A DNA stretch of 64,000 nt from Candidatus Multivoradales bacterium. GTDB taxonomy: Bacteria > Acidobacteriota > Thermoanaerobaculia > Multivoradales > JAHEKO01. Made by a program: the position numbers and the translations under genes. Every line of letters begins with the position of its first letter. Position 1 is the stretch's first letter. The stretch is from contig CBDCXM010000002.1 in the NCBI GenBank assembly GCA_965223855.1, positions 160,001-224,000 on the forward strand. Direction: 5' to 3'. The notes beneath the pieces are model-generated. The model did no database searches. It worked only from the letters and a program-made list of their open reading frames with translations, and was not told the DNA's origin. Below are positions 37,985-47,837 of this stretch, piece after piece.

Positions 37985-40014
37985 GCCGGAGAAGGCCCTT
38001 CGGGAGGTGGGTCCTGCCGGCGCTTCTCCTGTCGTCGGGAGCAGTCACGGCCCAGGAGTCCGAGACCCCGGTGCAGGAGGCTCTCTCTCCCCGCAACGCC
38101 AACTACACGATCGAGGTGCAACTCGATCCGACGACCCGGCTTCTCACCGGCCGGCAGCTTCTGACCTGGACGAATCTGCAGGAGGCACCGACCCGGCGAC
38201 TCTGGTTTCACCTCTACTGGAACGGCTGGCGCAACCGCCACAGCACGTGGATGCGGGAGGATCGGATTCGCGGTCGAAGCAGCCTGGGAGAGAAGGTAGA
38301 CCTCGATGACTGGAGCTACATCGACATCGAGTCGGTCCGCCTGCCCGACACCGGGCAGGATCTGACCCGCACCCTCTATTTCGCCTTCCCCGACGACCGC
38401 AACACCGCCGACCGGACCGTGGTCGTGGTCCTGCTGCCGGAAGCGGTGGCGCCGGGCGAGACGGTGCGACTGGAGATGGAGTGGGAAGCGAAGGTGCCCC
38501 GCACGTTCGCCCGCACCGGCTATCGCGGCGATTCCTACTTTCTGGCGCACTGGTTCCCCAAGCTGGCGGTCTACGAGGAGTCGGGCTGGAACAGCCACCA
38601 GTTCCATGCGGCGACCGAGTTCTACTCGGACTACGGCGTCTACGACGTCTCGATGACGGTGCCGGAAGGATGGGTCCTCGGTGCGACCGGTCGCGAGGTC
38701 GAGGTTCGCAGCAACGGTGACGGCACGGCGACGCACCGCTACCGGCAGGAGGACGTCCACGCCTTCACCTGGACGACCAGTCCCGACTACGTCGTGCTCG
38801 AGGAGCGCTTCGAACACGACGCTCTGCCACCCGTCGATCTGCGGCTGCTGCTGCAACCGGAGCACGTCTCACAGGCAGAGCGCCACTTCGCCGCCACCAG
38901 GGCGACCCTGGAGCGCTACGGCGAGTGGTTCGGCCCCTATCCGTACGGTCATCTGACGATCGTCGATCCCGCCTGGGGCGCGGGCTTCGGCGGCATGGAG
39001 TACCCGACGATCTTCACCTCGGGCACCAGGCTCTTCGCCCCGTTCGGCGGCGGCCGCCCGGAGGGGGTGACGGTTCACGAGGCGGGCCACCAGTTCTGGT
39101 ACGGCATCGTCGGCAACAACGAGTTCGAGTTCGCGTGGCTCGACGAGGGGATCAACACCTACGCCACCGCACGGACGATGATGGACGCCTTCGGGCCGTC
39201 GAAGTACACCTACCGCTTCTTCCGTCCGCCGGGGTTCCGGTCGAGCGGTTTCCTGGCCACCCTCGTCGACGGCTACGACTACGGGGGACGGATGCTCGCA
39301 GGCCGGGTCGGCCGCTACAGGAGGACCGCCGGCCACGACCTGCAGTCGAACCCGACCTGGCGCTACTACCCGGCGAGTGCCGGGAACATCAGCTACAGCA
39401 AGACCGCTCTGTGGCTCGCGACGCTCGAGAACTGGCTCGGCTGGGAGGTCTTCCAGGACGTGATGGCGACCTTCTTCGAGCGTTGGAGCTTCCGGCACCC
39501 GACGGCGGACGACTTCGTCGCCGTGGCGGAAGAGAGGACAGAGCCCGACGTCACCCCCTTCCTGGAGGCGGTGCTCGGCGACGCCGTTTTCGACTACTCG
39601 ATTCAGCAGGTCGCGACCTTCCCTGCCGGCAACGAGGGGTGGCTCAATGACGGCGACGAGCGGGTCCTCGAAGCGCGGCCCGAAGGCGAGCCGGAGCTCT
39701 ACCGCAGCGAGGTTGTCGTGCGGCGCCTCGGCACGGGCGTCTTCCCCGTCGAGGTGCTGATGGTGTTCGAGGACGGGCACGAGATCCGCACCCGCTGGTC
39801 GGGCGAGGAGCGCTGGAAGCTGCTCGTCGAGGAGCATGCGGCGCGGCTGGCATGGGCTGAAGTCGATCCCGATCGCGTGCTGCTGCTCGACACCCATCGC
39901 AACAACAACAGCCGGCAGGTGACTGGGGAGGCCGAGCTCCCGGCCACCAAGTGGGCTGCACGCTGGATGGTCTGGTTTCAGGACTTTCTGGCGACCTTCA
40001 CCGCCTTCGTCTGA
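37981..40014 (+). CDS. M1 family metallo-aminopeptidase, secreted
   Basis: GGMEYP, HEAGHQFW...NNE...WLDEG, YSKT. Confidence 0.92.
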   Translation: MSRRRPFGRWVLPALLLSSGAVTAQESETPVQEALSPRNANYTIEVQLDPTTRLLTGRQLLTWTNLQEAPTRRLWFHLYWNGWRNRHSTWMREDRIRGRSSLGEKVDLDDWSYIDIESVRLPDTGQDLTRTLYFAFPDDRNTADRTVVVVLLPEAVAPGETVRLEMEWEAKVPRTFARTGYRGDSYFLAHWFPKLAVYEESGWNSHQFHAATEFYSDYGVYDVSMTVPEGWVLGATGREVEVRSNGDGTATHRYRQEDVHAFTWTTSPDYVVLEERFEHDALPPVDLRLLLQPEHVSQAERHFAATRATLERYGEWFGPYPYGHLTIVDPAWGAGFGGMEYPTIFTSGTRLFAPFGGGRPEGVTVHEAGHQFWYGIVGNNEFEFAWLDEGINTYATARTMMDAFGPSKYTYRFFRPPGFRSSGFLATLVDGYDYGGRMLAGRVGRYRRTAGHDLQSNPTWRYYPASAGNISYSKTALWLATLENWLGWEVFQDVMATFFERWSFRHPTADDFVAVAEERTEPDVTPFLEAVLGDAVFDYSIQQVATFPAGNEGWLNDGDERVLEARPEGEPELYRSEVVVRRLGTGVFPVEVLMVFEDGHEIRTRWSGEERWKLLVEEHAARLAWAEVDPDRVLLLDTHRNNNSRQVTGEAELPATKWAARWMVWFQDFLATFTAFV

Positions 40015-40017
40015 AGA

Positions 40018-40956
40018 ATGCTGACGCGCGCTCTCGCCACCGGTTGTCGCCTCGTCGCCCGCTCCTGGGCGGTGGTGCTGCTCCTGTGGGCTCTGACCCT
40101 TCTCACGGCGCTGCCGGCGGCGTTGTGGATGAAGAGTGCGGTCGAACAGGGGATCGGGACGAGCCGGGTCCACCTCGATCTGCGGCAGAGGATGGACCTC
40201 GCCTGGCTGAGCGAGTTCCATGCCCGAGCCGGAGAGCTCGGCGACACTCTCGACGCCACGACGACCAGCAGGGTCGATCGCCTCAAGAACCTGGAGTCGC
40301 TGCTGACGGGCGGCCTGTTCGAAAAGGCTCCGGGACTGGTCGCCCTCGGCGTCCTGTTCGCGCTCTTCTGGTTGCTGCTCCAGGGAGGGGTGATCGATCG
40401 CCTGGCGCGAGGCGGCGGGGCGCCGCTGGCGGGACCGTTCCTCGGTGCCTGCGGTCGCTACTGCGGCCGCCTGCTGAGGGTGACGCTCCTCTCGCTGCCG
40501 ATCTACTGGGGCCTCTACGAGCTTGCCGCCTGGTCCTTCGACCGGGTGCAGACCGCGGCGCGAGACGTGACCGCCGAGACGACGGTGTTCGTCTGGTCGC
40601 TGGGCGTCGCCCTCCCGCTCGTAGTGCTGGCGGTGCTGGTCGGAGCGTTCTTCGACTACGCCAGGGTCGCGTCGGTGGCGGCCGAAGAGTCGTCGGCGCT
40701 GCGCTCTCTGGGGCACGCCGCCAGGGTCTTCAGGCGCCACGCGGTCGCCGTCCCCGTGCTCGCCTTGCTGTTCGCGATGCTGGCTGCCGGACTGGTGGCG
40801 CTCCGCTTCGCGATCGACCTGCCGCCGTCCGAAGCGACCGCCGGGGGCATCCTCGCGATCTTCGCCATCGGCCAGCTCCACCTGCTGGCTCGGCTGGCGC
40901 TCGGTCTTTGGGCGACGGCGGCGCAACTCACGGTGTTTCGCTCGGCCAGCCGCTAG
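40018..40956 (+). CDS. Multi-pass membrane protein of unknown function
   Basis: About 6 hydrophobic helices, FDYAR motif, operonic with the M1 peptidase. Confidence 0.75.
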   Translation: MLTRALATGCRLVARSWAVVLLLWALTLLTALPAALWMKSAVEQGIGTSRVHLDLRQRMDLAWLSEFHARAGELGDTLDATTTSRVDRLKNLESLLTGGLFEKAPGLVALGVLFALFWLLLQGGVIDRLARGGGAPLAGPFLGACGRYCGRLLRVTLLSLPIYWGLYELAAWSFDRVQTAARDVTAETTVFVWSLGVALPLVVLAVLVGAFFDYARVASVAAEESSALRSLGHAARVFRRHAVAVPVLALLFAMLAAGLVALRFAIDLPPSEATAGGILAIFAIGQLHLLARLALGLWATAAQLTVFRSASR

Positions 40957-41059
40957 CCGCTAGCCGCAGAGGGGCTCGCCACGCCTGTCTTCCTTCGCTT
41001 CTTCAGGCAGGGCAGGGCCGACCTCGCGCCCGACGAGAGACGCGAGTCCGCCCTCCCGA

Positions 41060-41540
41060 GGCGACTTCCGGATTCCGTTCAGCGATGACGGTGTACTCGC
41101 CGCGGAGGAAGACGCGTGCATGCTGGAGTACCTGAAGGCCTTTCTCCAGGTTGGTGCAGGGCGTGGATTCTGCCATCGGCGCCAGGTTCTCGGAGGTTCT
41201 CGGAGGGCTCGGTCTCGGTCGGTCGAGGCCGGGGCTGCGACGTTCTCGGCCTTTCCATGTCGGCTCTTCCAGGTAAGGCGAAAGACAGGCAGTTTCGCGA
41301 TCGTCGAGAGAGGCGAGTCCGTGGTCCTCGCTCGACTTGGAGCTCCCATGGAGCGATCGCGCTCTCATGCACCGAGTACGTTCCGTGGCCTGCTGTCGTA
41401 CCTGGAGTTCTTTCGCGAAGGTCTACCGAAGATCGAGATGGGCTTTCCTCGAGAGAACCGGGAGGCCAGGGAGGACCGAGCGTTCACACGCCGGCCTCTC
41501 GACCTCTCGCACCGACGACCCGCTCGCCGGCTGAGAGGGA
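41060..41540 (+). pseudogene. Possible degraded gene remnant
   Basis: Protein-like patches in different frames (FRIPFSDDG...LEYLKAFLQ; LPWSDRALMH; GLLSYLEFFREGLPKIE) separated by non-coding-looking stretches; no family recognised. Confidence 0.25.
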
Positions 41541-41559
41541 GGCGATGGCGCAGTTCAGG

Positions 41560-44088
41560 CTAGATCCGCTCCATCAACCTGGCCAGCGCGCCGGTCAGAT
41601 CGGGAGTCGTCTCGAGCATTCCGCGCCAGGGGTCCTTCTTCTGCCGTCGGAGTCGTGTCGGCACCGTCCGGATGTCGAAACGGCTCGGGTCGAGCCTGTT
41701 GTTGACCTCGCGCCAGTGGAGCGGGGTCGAGACGGTGGCGCCCGGGCGCGGACGGACGCTGAAGGGGGAGACGAGCAACTTGCCGTGGCCGTTCTGGATG
41801 GCGTCGACGTAGACCTTCCCTTCGCGTCGTGCGGGGGAGCGGGCGATCGAGGCGGCTTCCGGCAGTTCCTGGCTGACGAGCTGTGCCAGGAGAAACGCCA
41901 ACTGCTTCGACTGCTCGTGGGTGCATTGCCCGCCGAGGGGCAGCAGCACGTGCATGCCGGTGGCACCGCTCGTCTTGGCGAAGGTCGGCAGGCCGATGTC
42001 TTCGCACAGCCGATGGAGGGCCCGGGCGACGGCGACGACCTGCTCGAAGGTGGCGTCCTTGGCGTCGAGGTCGAGGATGCACCAGTCTGGTGCCTGAAGC
42101 GCGCCGAGCCGGCTCGACCAGATGTGGAGAGGGATGGCGGCGGAGTTGACGAGGTAGGTCAGGGTGTCGATGTCGTCGCAGACGAAGTAGCGGGTCTCGT
42201 TGCCGTCGTCGTCCGACCAGACCGGTTCGGTGCGCACCCAATCAGGGGCGAACGAGGGGGCGTTCTTCTGAAAGAACGACTTGCCGAGATAGCCGTCCGG
42301 ATAGCGGTCGAGCACGAGAGGACGGTCGGTGAGGTAGGGGAGGAGGTGGTCGGCGACCGCGCGGTAGTAGCCGATCAGATCGCCCTTGGTGTAGCCCTCT
42401 TCGGGCCAGAAGACCTTCTCGGGTCGCGAGATCTCGACCTTGCGAGGCGGTTGCCGGAGGTCGGGTGCCTCGGCGGTTGGAGTCGGCGGGAGGTCGTCGC
42501 GGCGGCAGTCGGAGACGCGCTTGTCGTCTCGTATTCTCACGAAGACCGGGTGGCGCAGGTGCCCGTCGCGGGTGTACTCGGTGTATCTCGCCTCGATGAC
42601 CTGCTGCGGCTCCACCCAGATGTGCTCGTCGCCCTTCGGCACGCCGCCGCTGCAGGCCGGCTCGGGACGGCGGAACGGTTCCAGCGAACTCCGCAGCGTC
42701 TCGAGCTTGCGCTCGTCGAAACCCGTACCGATCCGACCGGCGTAGACGAGGGAGCCGTCTTCCGCGGCGACAGCGACGTGGAGGGCGCCGAAGCCGGCCC
42801 GACTCCCCTTGGGGCGGGTGAATCCGACCACAGCGAAGTCACCGGTCGCCGCCGCCCTGACCTTCACCCACGCCTGGGAACGACCTCCGCGATAGGGGGC
42901 GTTGGCCCGCTTGGCGACCATACCCTCGAGATCCATCCGCTCGATCTCGCGATAGAAGTCCTCGCCCCTGTCGTCGATGTGGTCGACGAACCTCACCGGT
43001 CCGTGAGGCGGAAGCACCTCGCGCAGGATCGCCTTGCGCTCGGCCAGCGGCAGCGGCCGGAGGTCGTACCCCTCGAGCGCCAGAAGGTCGAAGGCGAAGA
43101 GGGTGGCGGGCTGTCGTGCCGCAGCGCGCTGGACGTCGAGCGGCCGGCTCAGGCGCGCCCGCTGCTGCAGCGCCTGAAAGGAAGGGCGCCCCGACGGATC
43201 GAGGACGACGACTTCGCCGTCGAGCAGGAGGCCGTCGAACGGCAGCGAGCGGATCGCCAGGGCGAGATCGGGGAACAGGGCGGTCGCGTCGAGACCACTG
43301 CGATAGCGCAGGTGCACCTTCGGCGCTGCCGAGGGGCGGCCGCCACCGGAGCGGCCGGCGAGCAGACGGTAGCCGTCGTACTTGATTTCGAAGACCCACC
43401 CGCGGCGCGAGAAGGGCGCCGGCTCCAGGGTGGCGAGCATCGGCTTGAGCTTCGCCCCGTCCACCCGCCGCTTCGGTGCACCCAGCTCGTCGAGGGTCGA
43501 GCGCAGCGCCTTCGCCCGGTCCGAACCGTTTCGCATCTCTTCGACGGAGAGCCCGGAGAGCACCGATCGCGGGTCGAGGTCGGTGGCGTCCTCGCCCGTG
43601 GCTTCGGCGTCGGGCTTCTTGATCAGGAGCCACTCCTTTTCGCCGCGCGACGTCTTGACGAGCGTCCAGAGGCCTCGGAGCTTGTAGCCTCGCAGCTCGA
43701 AGAGCAGCTTCCCCTCGCGAGTTCCCTCGACCGGATCGAGATGGTGGATCGTCGGACCGCGGTCCCACAGGATCACCGCACCGGCGCCGTAGTTGTCCTC
43801 GGGGATAACCCCCTCGAAATCCCCGTACTCGAGAGGATGATCTTCCGTCAGAACGGCGAGTCGCTTTTCCGCGGGGTCGAGCGACGGGCCCTTCGGGACC
43901 GCCCACGAGCGAAGCACCCCCTCCATCTCGAGCCGCAGGTCGTAGTGCAGCCGCCGGGCCGAGTGTTTCTGCACGACGAAGAGGCCGGGGCGGGCGACCT
44001 CTCCGTCTCCGAACGGCTCCGGGGTCGCACCGGCGGAGCGCTTGCGACGATAGTCGTCGAGGGTCGAGGACGGGCGGTGAGGGCTCAT
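41560..44088 (-). CDS. ligD: NHEJ DNA ligase D (phosphoesterase-ligase-polymerase)
   Basis: PE: VQKHSARRLHYDLRLE, SWAVPKGPS; ligase: EIKYDGYR, EGMVAK; polymerase: RYPDG..FFQK, LDLD, KTSG..GMH. Confidence 0.96.
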   Translation of the reverse strand: MSPHRPSSTLDDYRRKRSAGATPEPFGDGEVARPGLFVVQKHSARRLHYDLRLEMEGVLRSWAVPKGPSLDPAEKRLAVLTEDHPLEYGDFEGVIPEDNYGAGAVILWDRGPTIHHLDPVEGTREGKLLFELRGYKLRGLWTLVKTSRGEKEWLLIKKPDAEATGEDATDLDPRSVLSGLSVEEMRNGSDRAKALRSTLDELGAPKRRVDGAKLKPMLATLEPAPFSRRGWVFEIKYDGYRLLAGRSGGGRPSAAPKVHLRYRSGLDATALFPDLALAIRSLPFDGLLLDGEVVVLDPSGRPSFQALQQRARLSRPLDVQRAAARQPATLFAFDLLALEGYDLRPLPLAERKAILREVLPPHGPVRFVDHIDDRGEDFYREIERMDLEGMVAKRANAPYRGGRSQAWVKVRAAATGDFAVVGFTRPKGSRAGFGALHVAVAAEDGSLVYAGRIGTGFDERKLETLRSSLEPFRRPEPACSGGVPKGDEHIWVEPQQVIEARYTEYTRDGHLRHPVFVRIRDDKRVSDCRRDDLPPTPTAEAPDLRQPPRKVEISRPEKVFWPEEGYTKGDLIGYYRAVADHLLPYLTDRPLVLDRYPDGYLGKSFFQKNAPSFAPDWVRTEPVWSDDDGNETRYFVCDDIDTLTYLVNSAAIPLHIWSSRLGALQAPDWCILDLDAKDATFEQVVAVARALHRLCEDIGLPTFAKTSGATGMHVLLPLGGQCTHEQSKQLAFLLAQLVSQELPEAASIARSPARREGKVYVDAIQNGHGKLLVSPFSVRPRPGATVSTPLHWREVNNRLDPSRFDIRTVPTRLRRQKKDPWRGMLETTPDLTGALARLMERI

Positions 44089-44169
44089 GAAAAAGGGGGC
44101 TTTTCAGCGAGTAGGCGAGGTGGTCGAAAGTCGTTTGTTTATCAGACTTTATGGTACGCTTTCCTGACT

Positions 44170-45036
44170 ATGCCTGCACGTCCGCTCGGTTCCGGAATGA
44201 TCTCCTTCGGGCTCGTCGCCATCCCGGTGAAGCTCTACAGCACCGGGGAGAGTTCGTCTGCGGTGCGCTTCAACATGGTGCACGCCGACTGCGGTACCAG
44301 AGTCAAGTACCGCTACTACTGCCCGACCGACGATCGCTTCGTCGAGCGCGAAGAGATCTCGAAGGGGTACGAGTTCGCGAAGAACCAGTACGTCCTGTTC
44401 AGCGACGACGAGCTCAAGGTGCTGCAGCCGGAGGCTACGAACGCGATCGAGATCACCGAGTTCGTGCCACTCGAACAGGTCGATCCGATCTACTTCGAGA
44501 AGTCCTACTACCTCGGCCCCGGACAGGGCGGCGACAAGCCCTACCGGCTGCTGTCGAGTGTGATGAAGGAGACCTCACGGGCGGCTCTGGCGCGCTACGC
44601 CGCTCGCGGCAAGGGGTACCTGGTGCTGCTGCGCCCCTTCGAGAGCGGATTGATCATGCAGCAGCTCCGCTTCTCGGACGAGATTCGCTCGTTCGACGAG
44701 GTGCCGGTCGGTGATGCCGAGGTCGCCGATTCGGAACTCGATCTGGCACGACAGCTGGTGGAGCAGAGCGCTTCCGAGGCGTTCGATCCGAGCGGCTATC
44801 GAGACGAGGTGAGACACCAGGTGCTCGAGCTGATCGACAAGAAGGTGCAGGGCGAGGAGATCGTCGCGCCGCCGGAAGAGTCGCCGAAGGCTCAGGTCAT
44901 CGACCTGATGGAAGCACTCAAGGCGAGCCTCGGCGAGGAGACCGGTGAGAAGGCCGCAGCGAAGAAGGCGAGCAAACGGCCGAAGCGCGCCTCCAAGGCG
45001 ACACCCGGGAAGAAGACGAAGAGCAGCGGCGGCTGA
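44170..45036 (+). CDS. ku: NHEJ Ku protein
   Basis: G.ISFGLV.IPVKLY, KGYE, IDP.YFEKSYYL, VIDLMEALKASL, basic C-tail; divergent from ligD. Confidence 0.96.
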   Translation: MPARPLGSGMISFGLVAIPVKLYSTGESSSAVRFNMVHADCGTRVKYRYYCPTDDRFVEREEISKGYEFAKNQYVLFSDDELKVLQPEATNAIEITEFVPLEQVDPIYFEKSYYLGPGQGGDKPYRLLSSVMKETSRAALARYAARGKGYLVLLRPFESGLIMQQLRFSDEIRSFDEVPVGDAEVADSELDLARQLVEQSASEAFDPSGYRDEVRHQVLELIDKKVQGEEIVAPPEESPKAQVIDLMEALKASLGEETGEKAAAKKASKRPKRASKATPGKKTKSSGG

Positions 45037-45073
45037 GGGGCCGAGCCGGAAGGTGAGCGGGCCCGGATTCGGC

Positions 45074-45922
45074 ATGAGCCTCACAACGGACACCACCGCG
45101 GGCTTCCCGACCCGGCAGGTGCTGCGCATGCTCGATCTGAGCGAGGGGCGCCTGCGCTACTGGGTGCGTAGCGGCTTCGTCGATCCGGCGCGCGGCCCGG
45201 GCAATCGATACCGCTTTCGGTTTCAGGATCTGATCGTCCTGCGCACCGCTCAGGCGCTGATGCAGGCCGGCCTCCCTGCACGCCGGGTGCGGTTGGCCCT
45301 CGACGCCCTGCGGCGCGAGCTGCCCGTAGGGCGCAGTCTGTCGGCCGTTCGGGTCCTCGCGAAGCGCGGTGAGGTCGTCGTTCAGGAGGGGGGGCGGTCA
45401 TGGGAACCCGCGACCGGCCAGTGGCTGCTCGATCTCGACGCCGGCGAGCTGGCGGCGGCCGCCGAGCCGCTGTCGCGAGCCGCAGTGGCGCGACTGCCCG
45501 AGGATCGGGAGGAGTTGATCGCGGCCGAATGGTACGAGCTGGGCCTCGATCTGGAGGCGGTACTGCCCGAGGAGGCCGAGCGGGCCTACCGCCACGCGAT
45601 CGATCGCGATCCGTCTCTGGCAGCGGCCTATCTGAACCTCGGCCGCCTGCGTCACGAGGAGGGCGATCTCGAGGAGGCGGAGGCGCTCTACCGTGGGGCT
45701 CGAGATTGTTCTCCCACGGACCCGACGGCGGCTTTCAATCTGGGGGTCGTGCTGCAGGATGCGGGCCGCTGGGCCGAAGCGGCGAAGGCATACCGCTGCG
45801 CCATCGACCTCGACTCCGGCTACGCGGACGCCTACTTCAACCTGGCCGCGGTCTACGAGCAGCTCGGCGAGGCTGCCGTCGCTCTGCAGAGCCTGCAGGC
45901 GTATCGAAGACTGATCCGCTGA
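45074..45922 (+). CDS. MerR-type HTH plus TPR-repeat protein
   Basis: LRYWVRSGFV.P......YRF.FQDL..LRTA (MerR-like), EPATGQ linker, TPRs (AYLNLGRL, AAFNLG, AYFNLA). Confidence 0.85.
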   Translation: MSLTTDTTAGFPTRQVLRMLDLSEGRLRYWVRSGFVDPARGPGNRYRFRFQDLIVLRTAQALMQAGLPARRVRLALDALRRELPVGRSLSAVRVLAKRGEVVVQEGGRSWEPATGQWLLDLDAGELAAAAEPLSRAAVARLPEDREELIAAEWYELGLDLEAVLPEEAERAYRHAIDRDPSLAAAYLNLGRLRHEEGDLEEAEALYRGARDCSPTDPTAAFNLGVVLQDAGRWAEAAKAYRCAIDLDSGYADAYFNLAAVYEQLGEAAVALQSLQAYRRLIR

Positions 45923-45965
45923 GCGCCCCTCCGGGGGAGGTCAGGGGCCCTGCTCCGGTTGCCGC

Positions 45966-46232
45966 TCAGAGTTCGCGCAGGTACTTGCCGGGCTTGAAAC
46001 GGACCGTCTTGCCGGGCGCGATCTCGACCTCGACTCCGGTCTTCGGGTTGCGGCCGATGCCACGCTTGCGATCCCGAACCTGGAAGACACCGAAGCCTCG
46101 CAGCTCGATTCGCTGACCCTCGCCGAGGGCCGCCTTGAGCGAACCGAAGATGGTCTCGACGGCGCGGGCGGCGACCGCTCGCGGGATTTCAGCCGCCTCG
46201 GCGACGCGGTTGACGAGGTCAGCTTTGATCAT
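45966..46232 (-). CDS. HU/IHF family DNA-binding protein
   Basis: MIKADLV, IELRGFGVF, GRNPKTG, FKPGK. Confidence 0.95.
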   Translation of the reverse strand: MIKADLVNRVAEAAEIPRAVAARAVETIFGSLKAALGEGQRIELRGFGVFQVRDRKRGIGRNPKTGVEVEIAPGKTVRFKPGKYLREL

Positions 46233-46362
46233 GGGGACTCCGGCGAGCGGAGAGCGGAGTGTAGCAACGGCCCCATGGGGTGTCAATCGCCCTCGGGGGA
46301 GCCTAACTTCAAATTTCCCAGCGGTTTGAGTGACCCTCGGCCCAGTCGCTGCGGACGCCCTT

Positions 46363-47640
46363 TCAGGCCGGATCCGGTGCCGATCCTGCCGTGACCTCAC
46401 CGCCTGTGCGGTGGGCGAGAATCCACCGTTCGAGCGCCATCCCGGTGAGGATCGACCCCTGGCGCAGCGTCGCCGACAGGCCCGGCGATGCGTCGAGGCC
46501 GACCGTGACGGCGAGCCCCGCCAGACGCCCCCCGACGTCGATTCTCGTCAGGACCGCCTCGGCTCCGGCTTCGGTGCCCAACCGATCCGGCAGCCCGGCC
46601 GCCTCGGCGGACGGGTCGAGTTCGACCGTCGCCACCGGCTGCGTCCCCACGAGTTCTCGCCAGTGCTTGGAGAGACCGGGTCCGAGCAGAAGTTCCCGTG
46701 TCGAAGATGAGTCGCTTTCGACCTCACCGGCGAGCCAGCCTCTCAGGAGTGCCCCCTCCGGCCGGAACAGAAGGGTCGAATCGCCGAAGCCCGTCAGCAG
46801 GTCGAGGAAGGCGCGGCAGACTCCCGTCGGCGAGTCCGCCCTCCGCAGCTCGCGATCGAGCTCGGCGAGGTCCCTGCCCTCGGCGGACGGAGGGAGCCCG
46901 CCGTCGGAAGCTGCCTGCCGCTCATCGAAAACCTCCGGAACCTCGCTCCCTTCCGACGAGTCTGTCTCGGACGAACCGAAGATCGCTGCTCGCTCGGCCG
47001 GGGTCAGCTCGATCTTGCGATGCGGGTCGGGCTCCGTGGGCGGGCGGAGTCGGTGGCGAACCGAGCGCCGTTCCGGCACGCCGAGCGGCGGACTGGCGAG
47101 GTCGAAGCGGGTCACGCGACGTTCCACGAGAGGCTCGGTCGGGCCGGTCTCCTGAGGAGGCTGCACGAGGCCGCGCTCTAGCCGATCCAGCAGGTGACGG
47201 AGGTGCCCCGTCATCGGCACCGAGTAGTGCGTCTCCAGCGCCTCCGCCAGTCTCGGCTCCGAGGCGACATGCAGTCGCACCCGCTGGCTGAGCACGAACG
47301 CGAGCTCGTCCAGCTGGCCGGGGTCGAGGGCGCTGGCGACCGCGAGATCGATCCGGCTGGGACCGGCAGCGAACGGTACTGCGGAGTAGCGTTGGGCCAA
47401 CTGGGGGCTGAACAGCCCGATGACAGCCTCTGGGATCCCGGCGAGGTCGGCCCGACGGGCGGGCGGCAGGCCGTGATGCCGGGAGAGGGCGTCCTCGAGC
47501 TGAGGCTCCGTGAGATAGCCGGCCTCGAGCAGCGAGGTGTCGATCCGGCCGCCGATGCGGGCGGCGCGGGCTTCAGCTTCGGTCAGCGCGGATTCCGGTA
47601 GCTCGACGAGCTCGCGGAGGATGTCCACGATCGAGGTCAA
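46363..47640 (-). CDS. GspE/PilB N-terminal (MshEN-like/T2SSE_N) domain protein without ATPase
   Basis: GGRIDTSLLEAGYLTEPQLEDALS, AQRYSAVPF, DELAF...HY; no Walker motifs. Confidence 0.7.
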   Translation of the reverse strand: MTSIVDILRELVELPESALTEAEARAARIGGRIDTSLLEAGYLTEPQLEDALSRHHGLPPARRADLAGIPEAVIGLFSPQLAQRYSAVPFAAGPSRIDLAVASALDPGQLDELAFVLSQRVRLHVASEPRLAEALETHYSVPMTGHLRHLLDRLERGLVQPPQETGPTEPLVERRVTRFDLASPPLGVPERRSVRHRLRPPTEPDPHRKIELTPAERAAIFGSSETDSSEGSEVPEVFDERQAASDGGLPPSAEGRDLAELDRELRRADSPTGVCRAFLDLLTGFGDSTLLFRPEGALLRGWLAGEVESDSSSTRELLLGPGLSKHWRELVGTQPVATVELDPSAEAAGLPDRLGTEAGAEAVLTRIDVGGRLAGLAVTVGLDASPGLSATLRQGSILTGMALERWILAHRTGGEVTAGSAPDPA

Positions 47641-47837
47641 GGGTTGAAGTTCCTCTTGATAAAGGACTTACGATGAGGCGGGGAAGTATAGGCAGGGGCC
47701 TGGCGGTTGTAAAGGAGATGCGTGACACCGCGCCACACCCCGGCTGTGCAGGGCTCAGCCGCTCCACCGAGGCCTCGGCACCACGGCACATGAGCCGAAG
47801 CGGAAGGGGGATGCCCGGCTTTGCTATCCTGCGCGCC

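Noticed and set aside
41116-45036. 1306-aa plus-strand ORF ending in Ku
   Set aside because: Everything before 44170 is the antisense shadow of ligD; only 44170-45036 has Ku motifs
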